Below the pieces are notes generated by a model. The model was not told the DNA's origin. It was given only the letters and a program-made list of their open reading frames with translations, and made no database searches. A stretch of 64,000 nt of DNA from Yuukianura sp. NJ FZ-2021. Taxonomy: Eukaryota. The stretch covers positions 1,674,001 through 1,738,000 of the forward strand of contig CM102285.1 of the NCBI GenBank assembly GCA_046563655.1, given 5' to 3'. Position 1 is the first letter of the stretch; each line of letters begins with the position of its first letter. Position numbers and translations under genes: made by a program. Below are positions 12,221 to 25,296 of this stretch, one piece after another.

Positions 12221-13959
12221 CTACACATTTTTCGTAAGTTTCGACACCGTTGAAGGAATGTTAGTGTGACGTATTTCTTGTAGCTCTTCGTCTATATAGT
12301 CCGCAAACTCGGTTGAACTTTTTTCCGTTGAACAAATACTTCCGTCTACTCCAATCCAATAGCGAAAGGTTCCGTTGTAGGACACAATGCTTGCTCTCAG
12401 CCCTACAAAGTGTAGGTTCAATTAATCGGCACGGCATCAAGCTTGTTTAACTCGAAATTTTGTTTATTTCTTCTTACGCCACTTTAGTATAAATGGTCGC
12501 TATAGCAACCTTGATCGGCGTAAACGCGGATGTTAAAACTGTCATCGATGTAGTGTATTGATAGCATATGTCGCAATACTTTAAGGTAATAGTGTAAGCT
12601 AATAGTATACACATTTGTTCCATACCATGAAATGTGCTGTCGGCAGCATAGGCCATGTCTTCCACAACGTTACCACAAATAGAGATTGGTTTTGTTGGTC
12701 CCGGAAAAATGCTTACTACTGCCGAAATGCCCGGGAACAGTGGAATTAACCATCGCATTGGAAATGAACCAATGAAAAGGAAGATAATGTAGCCAACTAG
12801 CGACGATTTCCTTTCACGTTCAGCTTGTGCTTGCCTTTCGATCAACGTCAATCGCTCGGAAGCTGTTTCAGCTCCTACTGGCAACTTCATGTCGAATGAA
12901 AAACTGAAAATAATAAGTTTAAAAATTTTTGAGTTTTTTCTTAAGTTTGAACAAAAATTGAACAACGGATTTAAATTAAGTGTTTTCACCTTACATTTGG
13001 TTTGTCAATTGGTTTGAATGGTTCGGAAAAGTTATGAACGTGAGGCATCGCATTTCCTTTGGAATTGGTTTCTGTTCATTTTGAAGTTTCCGGCGAATTG
13101 CTCCTGTGAATAACTCCATCATCATGGCCCACACGGACACGTTGAACTTTGACCTCAACTGCTTCACTTCGTCAAGGTCAAATGTCCTTGACATAGGTAA
13201 GTGTCTAACCATAGAAATTTCAGCATTCCAGTATGATGGTGATCTGAACACTGCGCGGTAGATGAAGTCCAAGTACGATCCGACTAAGTACGGCAATCGA
13301 CGGAAAAAAGCGAAGCAGGACTTTCGCGATTCTTGTGGAAGTTGAAGTCTTTGAACTTCCGAGTCAGCAGCAAGCATCAAAACTTTAAAAATTGCTTCAC
13401 CATCGGACAAGGAATGGTCAAATTTGAAAGAAATGAAGTGGGTTTCGCCAACATCCAAAAATGTAAATTCCCACGGACTGGATTTCTCTGGGAATGGAGT
13501 GTGAAGCATCTGTTTGAACTGCGCATGAGCGTCAGCCTCTTGGTCCAAAGTGACGTGATGGACGTGTTTGTCCATGTCGAATGACTCCTCCCACTTCCAG
13601 AAGGCGTAGCCACCAAACATAGTTGGATACTGCTGGAATTCGGGATAAACGAAGTCACCCGAGTCATTCCGAGCAAAAATGCACTTCGTTTGGAACCGCT
13701 CTTTTAGTAACTTAGAATCCAACTTTCCAGAAAGTTTGAACCAAATGAGGACATTGAGTGGTGCGTGAGGTCCAAAAGAAAATAGAACCTGGCTTTGCGG
13801 AGATAAAATTTTCCCCAATTTTTTGGAAAGGAGAGGTCCGAATTTGGCTAAAATTTGTCTGTAGACCAAAATCGGTAATGATAGAAAAATGAATAGTAGA
13901 AATCCTATGCCTAGGATAACTTTTAGGATACCCCTGAACAAGTTATTATTTAACCTCAT
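12221..13959 (-). CDS. W5: WS/DGAT-like O-acyltransferase, subfamily A, 474 aa (exons 13959-12995, 12903-12626, 12402-12221)
   Basis: Spliced frame open (965+278+182 nt). DHSLSDG motif. Confidence 0.88.
12438..12513 (-). mobile_element. ~75-bp short member of a CAA...TTG-ended non-autonomous element family, in W5 intron 2
   Basis: Reverse-complement match to both ends of the element at 55181-55474, lacking its inner inverted-repeat segment. Confidence 0.6.
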
Positions 13960-14066
13960 AATGCTAGGCAGTTAGCAAACCAACGTTTCGTGTAATTTGG
14001 AATTCCATAAATGGACGAACTCCTTTTATATACCTTTAGACCAAAAAAATGATCACAGTTTTTGTA

Positions 14067-14425
14067 GGTTCCATGCCATAACAGCCAAACCAAAAACAGC
14101 CGATGCCATAAGAGCCAATCAAAAAGAGCCAATTTCGAAAAGAGCCGATGCTATAAAAGCGAATCAAAAAGAACCAATTTCCAAAAGAGCCTATGCCAAA
14201 AGAGCTAATTCCAAAAAGAGCCAAAGCCATAACAACCAATTTCGCAAGTGCTGATTGTTAAAATTAGATGAAAAAAAATCTGCAAACAAGCTTAAGTTTG
14301 AATGCAACCGCATAAATGTGCTTAGAATTTGAATTTAACTTCTAAACCCTGGTTTCCCCAATGTCTAGGATTAGGCTCTTGTGGAGTTGGCTCTTATGAC
14401 ATTGGCTCTTTTTAAAATGTATTCC
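14067..14425 (+). mobile_element. Foldback/MITE-like element with ~15-bp AAAAGAGCC tandem subterminal repeats, inverted at the other end
   Basis: Starts GGTTCCATGCCATAACAGCC followed by about 10 AAAAGAGCC-like units; GGCTCTT units near 14375-14410. Related copies at 33218, ~56150 and ~59050. Right boundary approximate. Confidence 0.65.
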
Positions 14426-14599
14426 ATATTCGCTGCATGCTGATTAGTAAACATATAATGCTACGTTTTATACTGCATCCCAGGTATTGCGCGACGCTTA
14501 TTTTTATCTTATTTGCATATTAAGGTTCGGTCTGTCGTTCTTTTATAATTAACTATCAACCGGCTAGACTTGGACGCCTGGAGTTACGTTGTCGTTATG

Positions 14600-15635
14600 T
14601 TTCCTGTTCCGTGACATCAACCGTTGATAGCATACGCCATGTCCTCCACCACATTTCCACCAATGGAAAATGAACTCGTGGTCCCAGGAAAAACCTCTTT
14701 ACAACCAACTATTTAAGCCCGAATACTGGAAGGAACCTAACTATGAATTCAGCCAATCGGAATACAACAGCCGATTTCCTTGGTTCCATGCCATTTATCA
14801 AATGAATATCTGAGAAAGTCGAATTACTGCGAATGAATTATTTCGAAAGGTTCTCAACTGGGAGCGAAAGGAACTACGAATCGGATTACCGCGACAGTAG
14901 AATTATTACGAAAGTATTCCTTGGAAAGGCGTATTACTATGAAAGTTGAACAATGAAAGAGATGAAGTCATAACCTAACCCAAAAATTGTACTCACTATT
15001 GTCCAGTTAATAACGTAACTCACTGTGAGTTACTCACAGCGCGGGAAAATATAATGACTATAGTCATTAGAGGTTTTTGGTTAGGCTAGGTTATATTCGT
15101 ATCTCTTTCGTTGTTCAACTTTCGCAGTAATTCGATTCGTAGTAATTCATTCGCAGCGAATCGTTTTGCAGTAATTCTTTCGATGAAATGCCGTGCTACC
15201 ATTTCGTTTTGAGCTCTGCATTTGCGTTGCCTTCAAGCAATGTAAGTAAATCTTTCACGCGTACTTGCACTTATGATTGGCAAGGGCGAATCAAGGATGT
15301 ATTTCAAAAAGTATATAGAAAATCGCTTATAAAGGTACAAATTTTTCAAAAAAAAAATATCGAAATAGAATATGTTTGTATACACTCTATTCCTGGGTTT
15401 CTTGGGATGATTTGGTGCAGAAATCAATGTGTTGAATTATATTTCCCGGGGAACTAATTTCCTTTTGTTTTTAAGCTTTCTTCGAACACGCACACTTTGA
15501 GTTTTGGACTGTTTCGCCCGATCCATGTCAAATGACCTTGAAATTGGAAAACATCTCACCCCGGTAAAATTTGAAGAATCAAAAATCATTGGAATTGCAC
15601 CCGCTGTGCCATAAGTGACATTGGAATAAGACGTT
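14600..15635 (-). pseudogene. R1: decayed WS/DGAT-like remnant, subfamily C-like (3' part of exon 1 plus exon 2, split by a transposon)
   Basis: Recognisable GGNVVEDMAYAING- and APNHPKK-coding DNA with indels. The 5' two-thirds of exon 1 is deleted, so the family upstream motif (15700-15745) abuts directly. Confidence 0.8.
14782..15200. mobile_element. Foldback-like insertion in exon 2 of remnant R1
   Basis: Imperfect long inverted ends built of GAATTACTGCGAA units. Flanked by the near-duplicated exon sequence ATTTCCTT / ATTTCGTT (~8-9 bp TSD); internal TAACCTAACC. Confidence 0.65.
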
Positions 15636-16299
15636 ACGTGGTTACTTCTACTTCTCCTACAACATGGTTATTTGTCAAGCCTAATTTCATAAAAACATGG
15701 AATTTTGTCTTAGAAAAGAACAAGACTTCAAAACAGGTTTCATCTTCGAGTGTTATTTAATATTCATAAGGAGTTTGAAAAATTAGCGATAACCAATGTG
15801 TAATGTGTCATCCCGCTTCTGAAATTTAATAAGTGTGACATTAACAAGGATTGGCTTTCAGTCGTTTCTCAAATTAAATTATGGGACTAGTCACAAAAAA
15901 AAGTTTTTCGAAATAAAAAAAAAGTTTTACACTAATTTTGTTTCATAGCGCGAAAACGAGTTAACACGCGGTAGCATCGAACACCAGCGAGAACACCATA
16001 ACTATTATGTACTATTTATTAAGCATATTAAGTGTACCGCCATTTCCATTAGAAATATTACAATATATTAATGTATTTTGTGTATATATTTTTTTTTTTT
16101 TTTTGATTTATTTAGCACAACAGAACTGAAAAAACTTACACCTGCCAGAGGCGGGTTGAGGTATTTAAAGAGGTATTGAAAAAATATATATAAAATATAA
16201 ATATAAATATAAAATAATTTGTGTATATATTATTTATACAACTACACCCTGGGATTGAAACAGTTCATCCGCAGTGTCTGTTTTAAAATAATAATTATT

Positions 16300-17085
16300 T
16301 CAGTCCGCAAGTCTTGCATTGACTTTCAAATGAACCTAAACATGTTGTCTGACGTTGGCGTTAGGATTGTTGTCCAAAAATGCAAAACTTGGTAATACTG
16401 GTTATAAATTTTGAGGCTTTATTGAATAATTCTGTACTGTATTTATTTTATTTCCAACATGAAAGTTTCATAACAGGGCGTTAACAAGGAATTTTGTAAG
16501 ATTCAAGGCGAATAATGACGCTGCTGCAGATGTTATGGTTGTACTATTTTCCATACAAACTGGAAATATTTGCGTTTTGGAATTTTTTTTATGAGCCAAC
16601 ACTGTCCGCATCTACAAATTTGTTGCTATCACTTGCATCGTTGCATTTGCATATGGCATACATGATTGCTCGATCTAACTAGGAGTGGCTTACAAACGTC
16701 CGGCTCGTGTTCGATCCCACTTTTAGAGTTTTTTTTCTTTTTTGAAAAAAGAAGCTGGTGTCAAAATGTTTCTTTAATTAAAGCAATTTTTGCGACACTC
16801 CTATAATTTATTTTGAGAAGTGCTTGTAAGCCACTCCTCGTCTAAGTCAACTACGTCAATGAACTATTTTTTTAAACAAGGTGTCGCAAATATGGATCCA
16901 AATGTTAGAAAAAGAAATACATGAGAATGTTTAATTGCATGGGAACTCGCTGTTGTGTTTCGGATTAATTTGATAAATTTAACATTCGAGTATGTGTACA
17001 TTAAATTGAAAAAGCATCCGGCTTCTCACTTTTTATTGGGAACCAATAGGATTTGCGAGCCCAAAATTTACAAATTTTGGTCCAC
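16300..17085 (-). pseudogene. R2: orphan 5' end (first codons plus upstream region) of a subfamily B copy
   Basis: Colinear with 22445-23210 (start and upstream region of W7); the rest of the gene is missing. Confidence 0.7.
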
Positions 17086-17352
17086 TAGCATACTTCAAGT
17101 GTTAATTATTGCTCTAATGGAATTTTAGCAGTTGCTAAAACTTGTTCAAAGCTGTAAGAAAATCATAGTTTTTCAATTATTTTAACGAGGTGTAACATTT
17201 TCGTTTAATTGAATAATAGTGCTTTACACTACTAGCTAAAACCTTATTGCCTAAATTCAATCTAAAATTAAAGCTTAATACGACATAGCACATTTTGTGT
17301 AGTGTATAATGTTATCACGATTCAAGGTTTGAAAACAAACAAAAAATTTCTA

Positions 17353-17516
17353 CACTAGGTTGTCCAATAACTCGGAGTTTTAAAATTTATTTGAAAGTAA
17401 GAAATCTGCGTTTCCATGGTAATTTTTTGCCTGTACTGTAAATGGGATTGGTGCTAAAAGCAATTAAATATTTGAAGCAAGATTTTGGAAACCCTTAGTT
17501 ATTGGACAAACTGTTG
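17353..17516. mobile_element. TA-flanked MITE, Tc1/mariner type
   Basis: Inverted ends share TTGTCCAATAACT, with TA on both sides. The right end plus flank recurs at ~58855-58900. Confidence 0.65.
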
Positions 17517-17645
17517 TAGGAAGTACAATTCGTTTGTCAAGAAACCTTGTTAAGATTAGTATGCATATTAAATAAAAAATATAATCATGTTCATATTGTA
17601 TGTATATATTAATATAATTAGTGCACATAAACTTGTAAAACTGTC

Positions 17646-19363
17646 CTACACAAAGAGTTCGTATCCAACACCAGTTGAGCGAGTAGTCTCATCAAGTTCA
17701 TGCGCAACGTAGTCAACAAATTCTATTGCACTTTTTTCTGTTGAACAAATTTTGCCGTCTACTCCCATCCAGTAGCGAAATTTCCCATTGTACGAAATAA
17801 TATTCACCATCAGACCTGTACAAAACATATTTTTGTATAACAGTTATGCAAGCTTATACAAGAAATATTTACGCTGTACAATAGAAATTGTACAAATTGT
17901 GTTACGCGTTATGAACCCTGATTGGGCATTGCTACATTTACATATAACTAATTAAAAAGAAGATATTTGCATAAAAATAAATAGTGGCACGTATTTAGTG
18001 TACTAATAATTTTTATCATTTTTTTCTCTTTACCATGACGACAACCGTTGACAGCATACGCCATGTCTTCAACAACATTTCCACCAATGGAAAATGCTTT
18101 CGTAGGCCCAGGAAAAACGCTGAAAGTCACCTTGTTAAGCCGGGTCAACGGAAACATCCACCGTATTGGCAAAGAACCAATAAAATTAACCAATAGAAAT
18201 CCAACCGCAGCCGATTTCGTTCTGCGCTCTACTTGTGCGTAACCTTCAAGCAATGTATGTCTTTCACGAGCACTGGAAGTTCCAATTGGCAAGGGCAGTA
18301 CAACGAGGTACCTTAAAAAGTATAAGAAAAGCTCATTAATAAAATAACAACTTTTTCAAAAAAATTGAATTAGAATATGTTTGAATACACTTTATTTGTG
18401 AGTTTCTTGGGGTGATTTGGCGCCAAAATCGGCATGGTACATCGCATTTCACATGGAACTGACTTCCCTTCGTTTTGAAGTTTTCTTCGAATTGCTCCAG
18501 TGAGTAGCCCAATCATCGCAATGGACACGGACACGTTAAGTTTTGAACTCAACTGTTTGACTTGACCCAGGTCAAATGACCTTGACATTGGAAAGTATCT
18601 CACCCCGGTAAGATTTGAAGAATCAAAAATCATGGGAGTGGAATCCATTGAATCAAAAATGAGATTGAAATAAGAGGCGATGAAATACAAGATGCGTCGG
18701 AAAAAATCCAAACAGCATGTACGCGGTTCTTCTGGAAATTGGATTCGTTGCGGCTCGGAGTCTGCCACACGCATCAAAACATCAAAAATTGCTTCACCAT
18801 CACACAAGCTGTGGTGAAATTTGAAACAAATGAAGTGGCAATTTGAGTTATCGCCAAACTCCAAAAATGTAGCTTCCCACGGACTAAATTTTTCTGGAAG
18901 AGGAGTCTGGAGCATCTTTTCAAACTGCGCATGAGCGTCAGCCTGTTGGCCCAGAGTGACGTGATGAATGTGTTTGTCCATGTCGAATGACTCCTCCCAC
19001 TTCCAGAAGGCGTATCCACCACACATAGTTGGATACTGCTGGAATTCAGGATAAACGAACTCACCCGAATCATTCCGAAGAAAAACGCACTTCGTTCGGA
19101 ATCTCTCCTTTACTAAATTACGGTCCAACTTTCCGGAAACTTTGAACCAGATGAGAACATTGAGTGCTGTGTGTGGGTTACAAGATAAAAAATTTGGCTT
19201 TGCGGAGACAAAATTTTGCACAGCTTTTTTGAAGCCCGGGGTATAATTTTTGCTAGAATTTGTCTGTAGAGTATAACGGGCAAACTTAACAAAATGAGTG
19301 AAAAAATCCAACACCTACAATAAATTTTACGACTAATTTTACAATTGATTTGATGAAATCCAT
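17646..19363 (-). pseudogene. W6: WS/DGAT-like gene, subfamily C, with two 1-bp frameshifts in exon 1 (exons 19363-18389, 18311-18034, 17815-17646); pseudogene or assembly error
   Basis: Exon 1 is 975 bp versus 977 in W10/W12/W14/W16. The missing bases map to the A6 runs at 19301-19306 and 19187-19192. The remainder is intact with HHSLCDG. Confidence 0.7.
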
Positions 19364-20255
19364 TGTACGTTGATAATCTCAGTGCGCAAGAGCTGCCAGC
19401 CAAGAAAAATGAAAACTGAATTTGCTACGAAATTTCTTATTTCCTTTAACTATTTTGGATGGATGTTTGTTAGTTTGTTATTAGTTAATATTACATTTTA
19501 ATTTCACAAGAAAAAAAGCTAGCCTTGAAAGAAAACAAGAATTGAAAACCGGTTCATATTACTTATATCACACACACATTCGTACTTTAGATATAATGTA
19601 CTATAGTACTACATGCTACACGCTAGTATGTCTATGTATTTAATGTGTTAGTATATTTTGTAGGTGTATAGCAATTCCATTATAAAAAATAGATATTTTT
19701 TGGGTGTTTAGTATTTTTTATTTGTGTATTAGTGTATTATTATTAAAACCAGATTAGAAATATTTATAACGTCTGTCTTATTGTTAGAGTAGATGCGTAC
19801 CACGTTATTGAGTCAATCAAATTGTATCAACTGTATTGTGTCAACTAGAATTGTGTAAACTGGTCAATTTGTTGTAATCAAATTGAGTAATTGAATCAAA
19901 GACGAATGAATCAAAAAAGTTATTTTGATTGATTGATCTTTTGTGAGGTTCCTAGGCATAGTTGTACAATTTTTTTATGAAACTTGGTGTAAAACGTTTG
20001 AAGCAGCATCTTTAAAACGTCATTTCAGCGCATAGATAGCCATTATTTACCGTGACTAACTGAAATTTTATTGCCAAAACTTTGCCTTAAGTTAAATCCA
20101 AATACGATATTATGTGTAGTGGGTTGTGACACGTAAATTAAACACTGGAAAAATAATGCATTTGTTTATTTACCAAATTATAGAAAGAAATTGTAGCAAA
20201 TATTATAAAAACTAAAAATTTCCTTTACAAAATTTGGAAATAAAGGTTTTTATCC

Positions 20256-20500
20256 TTATTAAGTAGCGAAAGTATGAGCTACTTGATGTTTTTCTTCTAG
20301 TCTGTCTGTCTGTGTGTCCGTCTGCTGGTCAATCCAGTTGTGCAACCACTGATCCGATTTTCAATCTTTTTTCTCTAATGAACTTCACATGGTCCAATAA
20401 TCGGTTTTCAATTTGACCGAAAGTGCACAACTTCCGTACTGTGCACTCCAATTTATTTACGCTACTTATAAAAGGGTTTACAACAGTTTATTCGGTACGA
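20256..20500 (+). mobile_element. DINE-1/HINE-like (Helentron-associated) non-autonomous element
   Basis: Subterminal inverted repeat TAAGTAGCG / CGCTACTTA, a short 5' partial inverted repeat, and a (GTCT/GTCC)n microsatellite. Boundaries approximate. Confidence 0.55.
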
Positions 20501-20651
20501 TTTTCCCTTCATTATTTTGTTCGAAGTTGCCCATATCAACAAATTTCCGGGGTTTATTTTACGTGCCACACCCTGCACATGTATTAGTGTAGGTTATTAT
20601 GATTATGTAGGTATTATTGTAATTACGTGTATTTGAACAACTAAAACCTTC

Positions 20652-22483
20652 TCATGGAACTAATTCGTATCCTACGTCTTTTGTGCGAATAATCTCCTCA
20701 AGCTCATCTGCAATGTAGTTAACAAATTCTATCCCACTTTCTTTTGTTGAACAAATTTTCCCGTCTACTCCCATCCAGTAGCGAAATCTCCCATTGTACG
20801 AAACAATATTCACCATCAGCCCTGTTGAAAGAAAAATTTTATCAGTTACGTTGAACGATATATTATTCGATGTGTAGTACATTATTTGTGTATTCTATAA
20901 TATACATTATTTATCAAACTATGTTGCGTCAAATGTTCTTGTCAAATCTTCTCTTGTAATTCATTACAATTTACATCGTATATGTAAATATTGCTATATT
21001 AATTCACAATACGTTACACACTTGATATCATACTTTTGCGCAGTAGTACAAAACTTGCAAGTACCACCATATGCATGTAGCAGTATAATATGTATATAAA
21101 CTATGTCAAACAAATAGCTCAACTATTTTGTCGTGTTTCGGGTTATTACCATGAGAACCGCCATTGGTTGCATACGCCATGTCTTCTACAACTTTTCCAC
21201 CAATAGAAAACAGTTTTGTTGGTCCAGGAAAAATACTGACAACTATTGAATTTGCCGGGAACATTGGAATCATGCACCGTTTCGGAAATGAACCAACGAA
21301 TTCAGCCATCAGAAATCCTACCGCAGTCGAATTTGTTTTACGCTCTGCTTGTGCTTGAGCTTCAAGCAAATTCAATTGCTCAGAAACATTGGCGGCTCCG
21401 ATCGGCAAGGTAATGTCAAACATAAACCTGAAAAAACATAAATTGTTTTGTAATACTTCGAAATTTACAAACCGATTTTTGCATTCCATACACTTTGTTA
21501 GTAAGTCCTTTCGGGTGATTTGGTGCCATAATGGAACTGATACAACGCATTTGATCTGGAACTGATTTCTCTTCATTTTGAAGTTTTCTGCGGATCGCGC
21601 CTGTGAGTAGTCCCATCATAACTGTCCACACGGACACATTGAACTTTGACCCAACCCATTTTGCTTGGCCCAGGTCAAACGACCTTGACATCGGAAAGTG
21701 CCTTACACCAGCAAGATTTGAAGCGTCGAAAATCATTGGCGTCGTATCAGTTGCGCTATAAGAGAAATTGAAATACGAACTGATAAAATAAAAAATGCGA
21801 CGAAAAAAATCGAAGCAAGACGTTCTCGGTTGTTCCGGAAACTGGAGTCGGTGCGGTTCCGAATCCGCTGCACGCGTCAAGACATCAAAAATTGCCACAC
21901 CGTCACACAAACAATGGTGAAATTTGAAACAAATGAAGTGACAGTTTGCAATTCCGCGAAATTCCAAAAATGTGAATTCCCACGGACTGGATTTTTCTGG
22001 AAATGGAGTCTGAAGCATCCGCTCGAACTGCGCATGAGCGTCAGCCTCTTGGTCCAGAGTCACGTGATGAATGTGTTTGTCCATGTCGAATGACTCCTCC
22101 CACTTCCAGAAGGCGTATCCACCAAACATAGTTGGATACTGCTGGAATTCGGGATAAACAAACTCACCCGAATCATCCCGAACCAAAATGCACTTCGTTC
22201 GGAATCGCTCTTTCACTAAATCACGGTCCAATTTTCCAGAAACTTTAAACCAAATTAAAACGTTGAGAGCTGGACGAGGTTCGCAAGAAAAGTAGATTTG
22301 ACTTTGTGGTGCTAAAATTTTGACCAACTTTTTTGAAAAACAAGGTACAAATTTTGCTAAAATTTGTCTGTAGACTAAAATTGGGGAAGTTACGCAAATG
22401 AGTAGAAAAAACACAATTCCTAGAATAATTTTTGTGACAAAACTTCGCAAGTTTTGCATTGACTTTCTAATGAACCTCAACAT
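20652..22483 (-). CDS. W7: WS/DGAT-like O-acyltransferase, subfamily B with a C-type last exon, 479 aa (exons 22483-21492, 21427-21150, 20821-20652)
   Basis: Spliced frame open (992+278+170 nt). HHCLCDG. Confidence 0.88.
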
Positions 22484-23611
22484 GTTGGCTGAGGTTGTGG
22501 TTGTCAAAAAATGCAAAACTTTGAAGTGGTAAGACTGGTTACAAATTTCGAGGTTTTATTGGATAATTCTATACTGTATGTCTTTACTTTAACTTGAAAC
22601 TTTCATAACATGGCGTTGACAAAGAATTTTGTAAGATTGAAGCCGAATAATTACGCCACTGCAGATGTTGTGGCTGTGCTACTTTCTATACAAACTGGAA
22701 ATAATTGCGTTTTGGAAATTTTTTTATAAACCAATGATGCCTACGTCAACAAATTGCTTGTTATATAACTTGCTCCAGGCATACGAGATTGCCAGATCTA
22801 AAGAGGATTGATGATTGCAACAGTCCGGGGTCGTGTTCGATTCCACTTGAGGTAACTTGTTCTTCGTGAAACGGAACTGGTCAGAAAGTTTAATTAATTA
22901 TATGCAATTTTCGATTCTAGGACTAAAACTTGTTTTGAGAAGTGGTTGCCACTCCTATTACGTCAAACGTCAATTTAAAAGTCAACTACGCCAATGCAAC
23001 TATTTTTTTTAAAAAGGGTATCGACAAGACAAATCTCATAATTTAGTCAAAATTTAAAAAAAAACAGGTGAGAATGTATGAGTTTTACTGCATGGAAATT
23101 CGCTGTTGTGCATTAATTTTATAAATTTATATTATTCAAGTATCTGTGAATTAGTTTGTAAATGTATCTGGTTTCTCAGTGTCTGGTGGGAACCAATAGA
23201 AATTGTGAGCAATAAATTAATTTTTGGAGGTCAACTTTACCTCAAACGTTAAATTCTTCAAACCTTATGTAGCTTCGCTATTTAAATAAATTTGGTTTTG
23301 ACGAGGTAACATGTTTGTCAACTTCTTTAGTACATGCAGGGTCCGACTTGTGCTAACTACAGTTTAGCTGTAGTCGATTTCATTTAATTTTACGTCGTCG
23401 AACATGGACTAAAATCTCAGACATTCATAACAAGTCAATTACAAAAACTCACGTAAACCAAAGTTAGAACAAATACATCTTCTTTTTTCAAATTTTTTTA
23501 TAACCACAAATTCAAAATTTCGTAAAATTACCGTGGCTAAGTTAAACCATGTTGCACAAACTCATTCTGAAGTTGAATCTTAATCGCACATTGTATATTA
23601 TGTTTGGTATA

Positions 23612-24100
23612 CCACCAAACATAGTTGAATACTGCTGGAATTCGGGATAAACGAACTCACCCGAGTCATTCCGAACGAAAATGCACTTCATTCGGAATCA
23701 CTCTTTTACTAACTTAGAAGCCAACTTTTCAGAAACTTTGAAACAAACTTAAACAGTTAATGCTGGACGAGGTTTAGATCTGACTTTGCGGAGATAAAAT
23801 TTTGACTAACTTTTTTGAAAAACAGAATTTTGCTAAAATTTGTCTGTAGAATAAAATTGGGGAAGCTACACAAATGAATAGAAGAAACACAACTCCTAGA
23901 AGAATCTTAGTGACAAACCTGCGCAATTTTTGCATTGACTTTCTAGTGAACCTCTGCATGTTGGTTGATGTTGCGGTTAACAGTGTTGTCCAAAAATTCA
24001 AAAGTTTAAAGTGTTAAGCCTGCCTACAAATTTCGTGGTTTTATTGCATCAAATCTTAACCAGATTCCTTTTATTTCCAACTTGAAACATTCATAGTTAA
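23612..24100 (-). pseudogene. R3: truncated 5' fragment of a subfamily B copy (ATG at 23959)
   Basis: MQRFTRKSMQKLRRF...SPQSQI then a deletion and stop. Homology ends after YPEFQQYSTMFGG; there is no catalytic motif or downstream exon. Confidence 0.8.
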
Positions 24101-25296
24101 CCTGGTGTCAAAATGTTTCTTTAGTTTGCATTTTTTGCAACTAGTCCCATAACTTATTTGGAGAAGTGGTTAAAAGACACTCCTACCACATCAAACGTCA
24201 ACCAAAAGTTAACTTCGTCAAAGCAACTATTTTCTTTAAACAAGGTATCGAGAAATCTGAATTTTTGGTCAAAATTTTTGTCACTTCAAGTTTCACGGCT
24301 GACTATGAAAAAGTAAAACTCAAACTTGTATCACATGCAAATTGGATTACAATAAAAGCACACTTTGGCAATTCAATAATAAATTGAAGTTCACAACCAA
24401 GGTACGCTTCTTCGACAACGAGAAGTCAATTTTCTTTAACAACTTAACACCTTACATAATCGTTGACATAAAAATGAAACGAGCAAAAACTTTGTAGGAA
24501 TTAATTCCTACATTTTTTTGAATTGGTACCATTGGTATCAATTTGTATACAAAATTTAAGAGTTTAGTCTACATGGTGATGTAATTTTTTAAAATCGCGT
24601 TATTCCACTCGTCGTCCCTCCACAGTTGTGTAAATTCAACAAACTATACTGATTTTTGAGGTGTACCCTTTGAGCTTTGCGGAATAAAGACTCAGAAAAC
24701 GAGAAGTGGCTTAACAGGAAACAAAGCTTACTTCCTTGGTTAATCGCAAGGTTTTTGTTGTGAGGTTGGATTAGCAGGAGCGTCCTAGGGTGACCTTCAA
24801 CGTATAAAAGCGTTTCCTGTTCATGTAACACAACAAATACCGATTGAATTTCACACAAGTGTAGTTTACAGTTTTTCCTTAAAATTTTTATAAGCTTTTA
24901 TCCTTGAAGAAGAACAGAGATCGTGTTCGAAAGCTAGGGTCTTTTCTGCAAATAAAAATTAAAACATCAACTGGCGTATTCCGATCTAAAATGCAACTTA
25001 TTAATACATTTTATTTTGTAAATACGAAATGACACCTAATAGAAGTAAAAAGAAGGAAATTGTATACAGTGCAAGTCGTTTCGTCTACAAGGCGAATTTC
25101 CCTGAAGGAATTTTTTTCGAAAGAAAAAACCCCGAACGAAGACCACTGACAGCGTACAAGTAGATTGTTTTTCTCAAATGTGACAAAACTGAAAACCTTC
25201 AATGCGTTACATTACTATAAGCGTAACTTGTCTCTTTCAATACCAATTCTTCTCGTTTTATTTCCCATAACTTACTAGTAACTGAACAGGAATTAC

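Noticed and set aside
13997-14254. Possible CRISPR array or repeat protein (KRADAIRANQKEPIS, also 33185-33394)
   Set aside because: These are contiguous ~15-bp degenerate units without unique spacers, inverted at the far end, in a eukaryotic context. They are transposon subterminal repeats.
14970-15092. Interstitial telomere (TTAGG/CCTAA motifs; also ~33425, 46340, 48350, 51945)
   Set aside because: Only 2-3 units at each site, several inside small mobile elements; not a telomeric array.
24380-25240. Possible coding or transposase remnant between R3 and W8 (ORF 24589-24858)
   Set aside because: No recognisable motif or consistent frame by eye; left unannotated.
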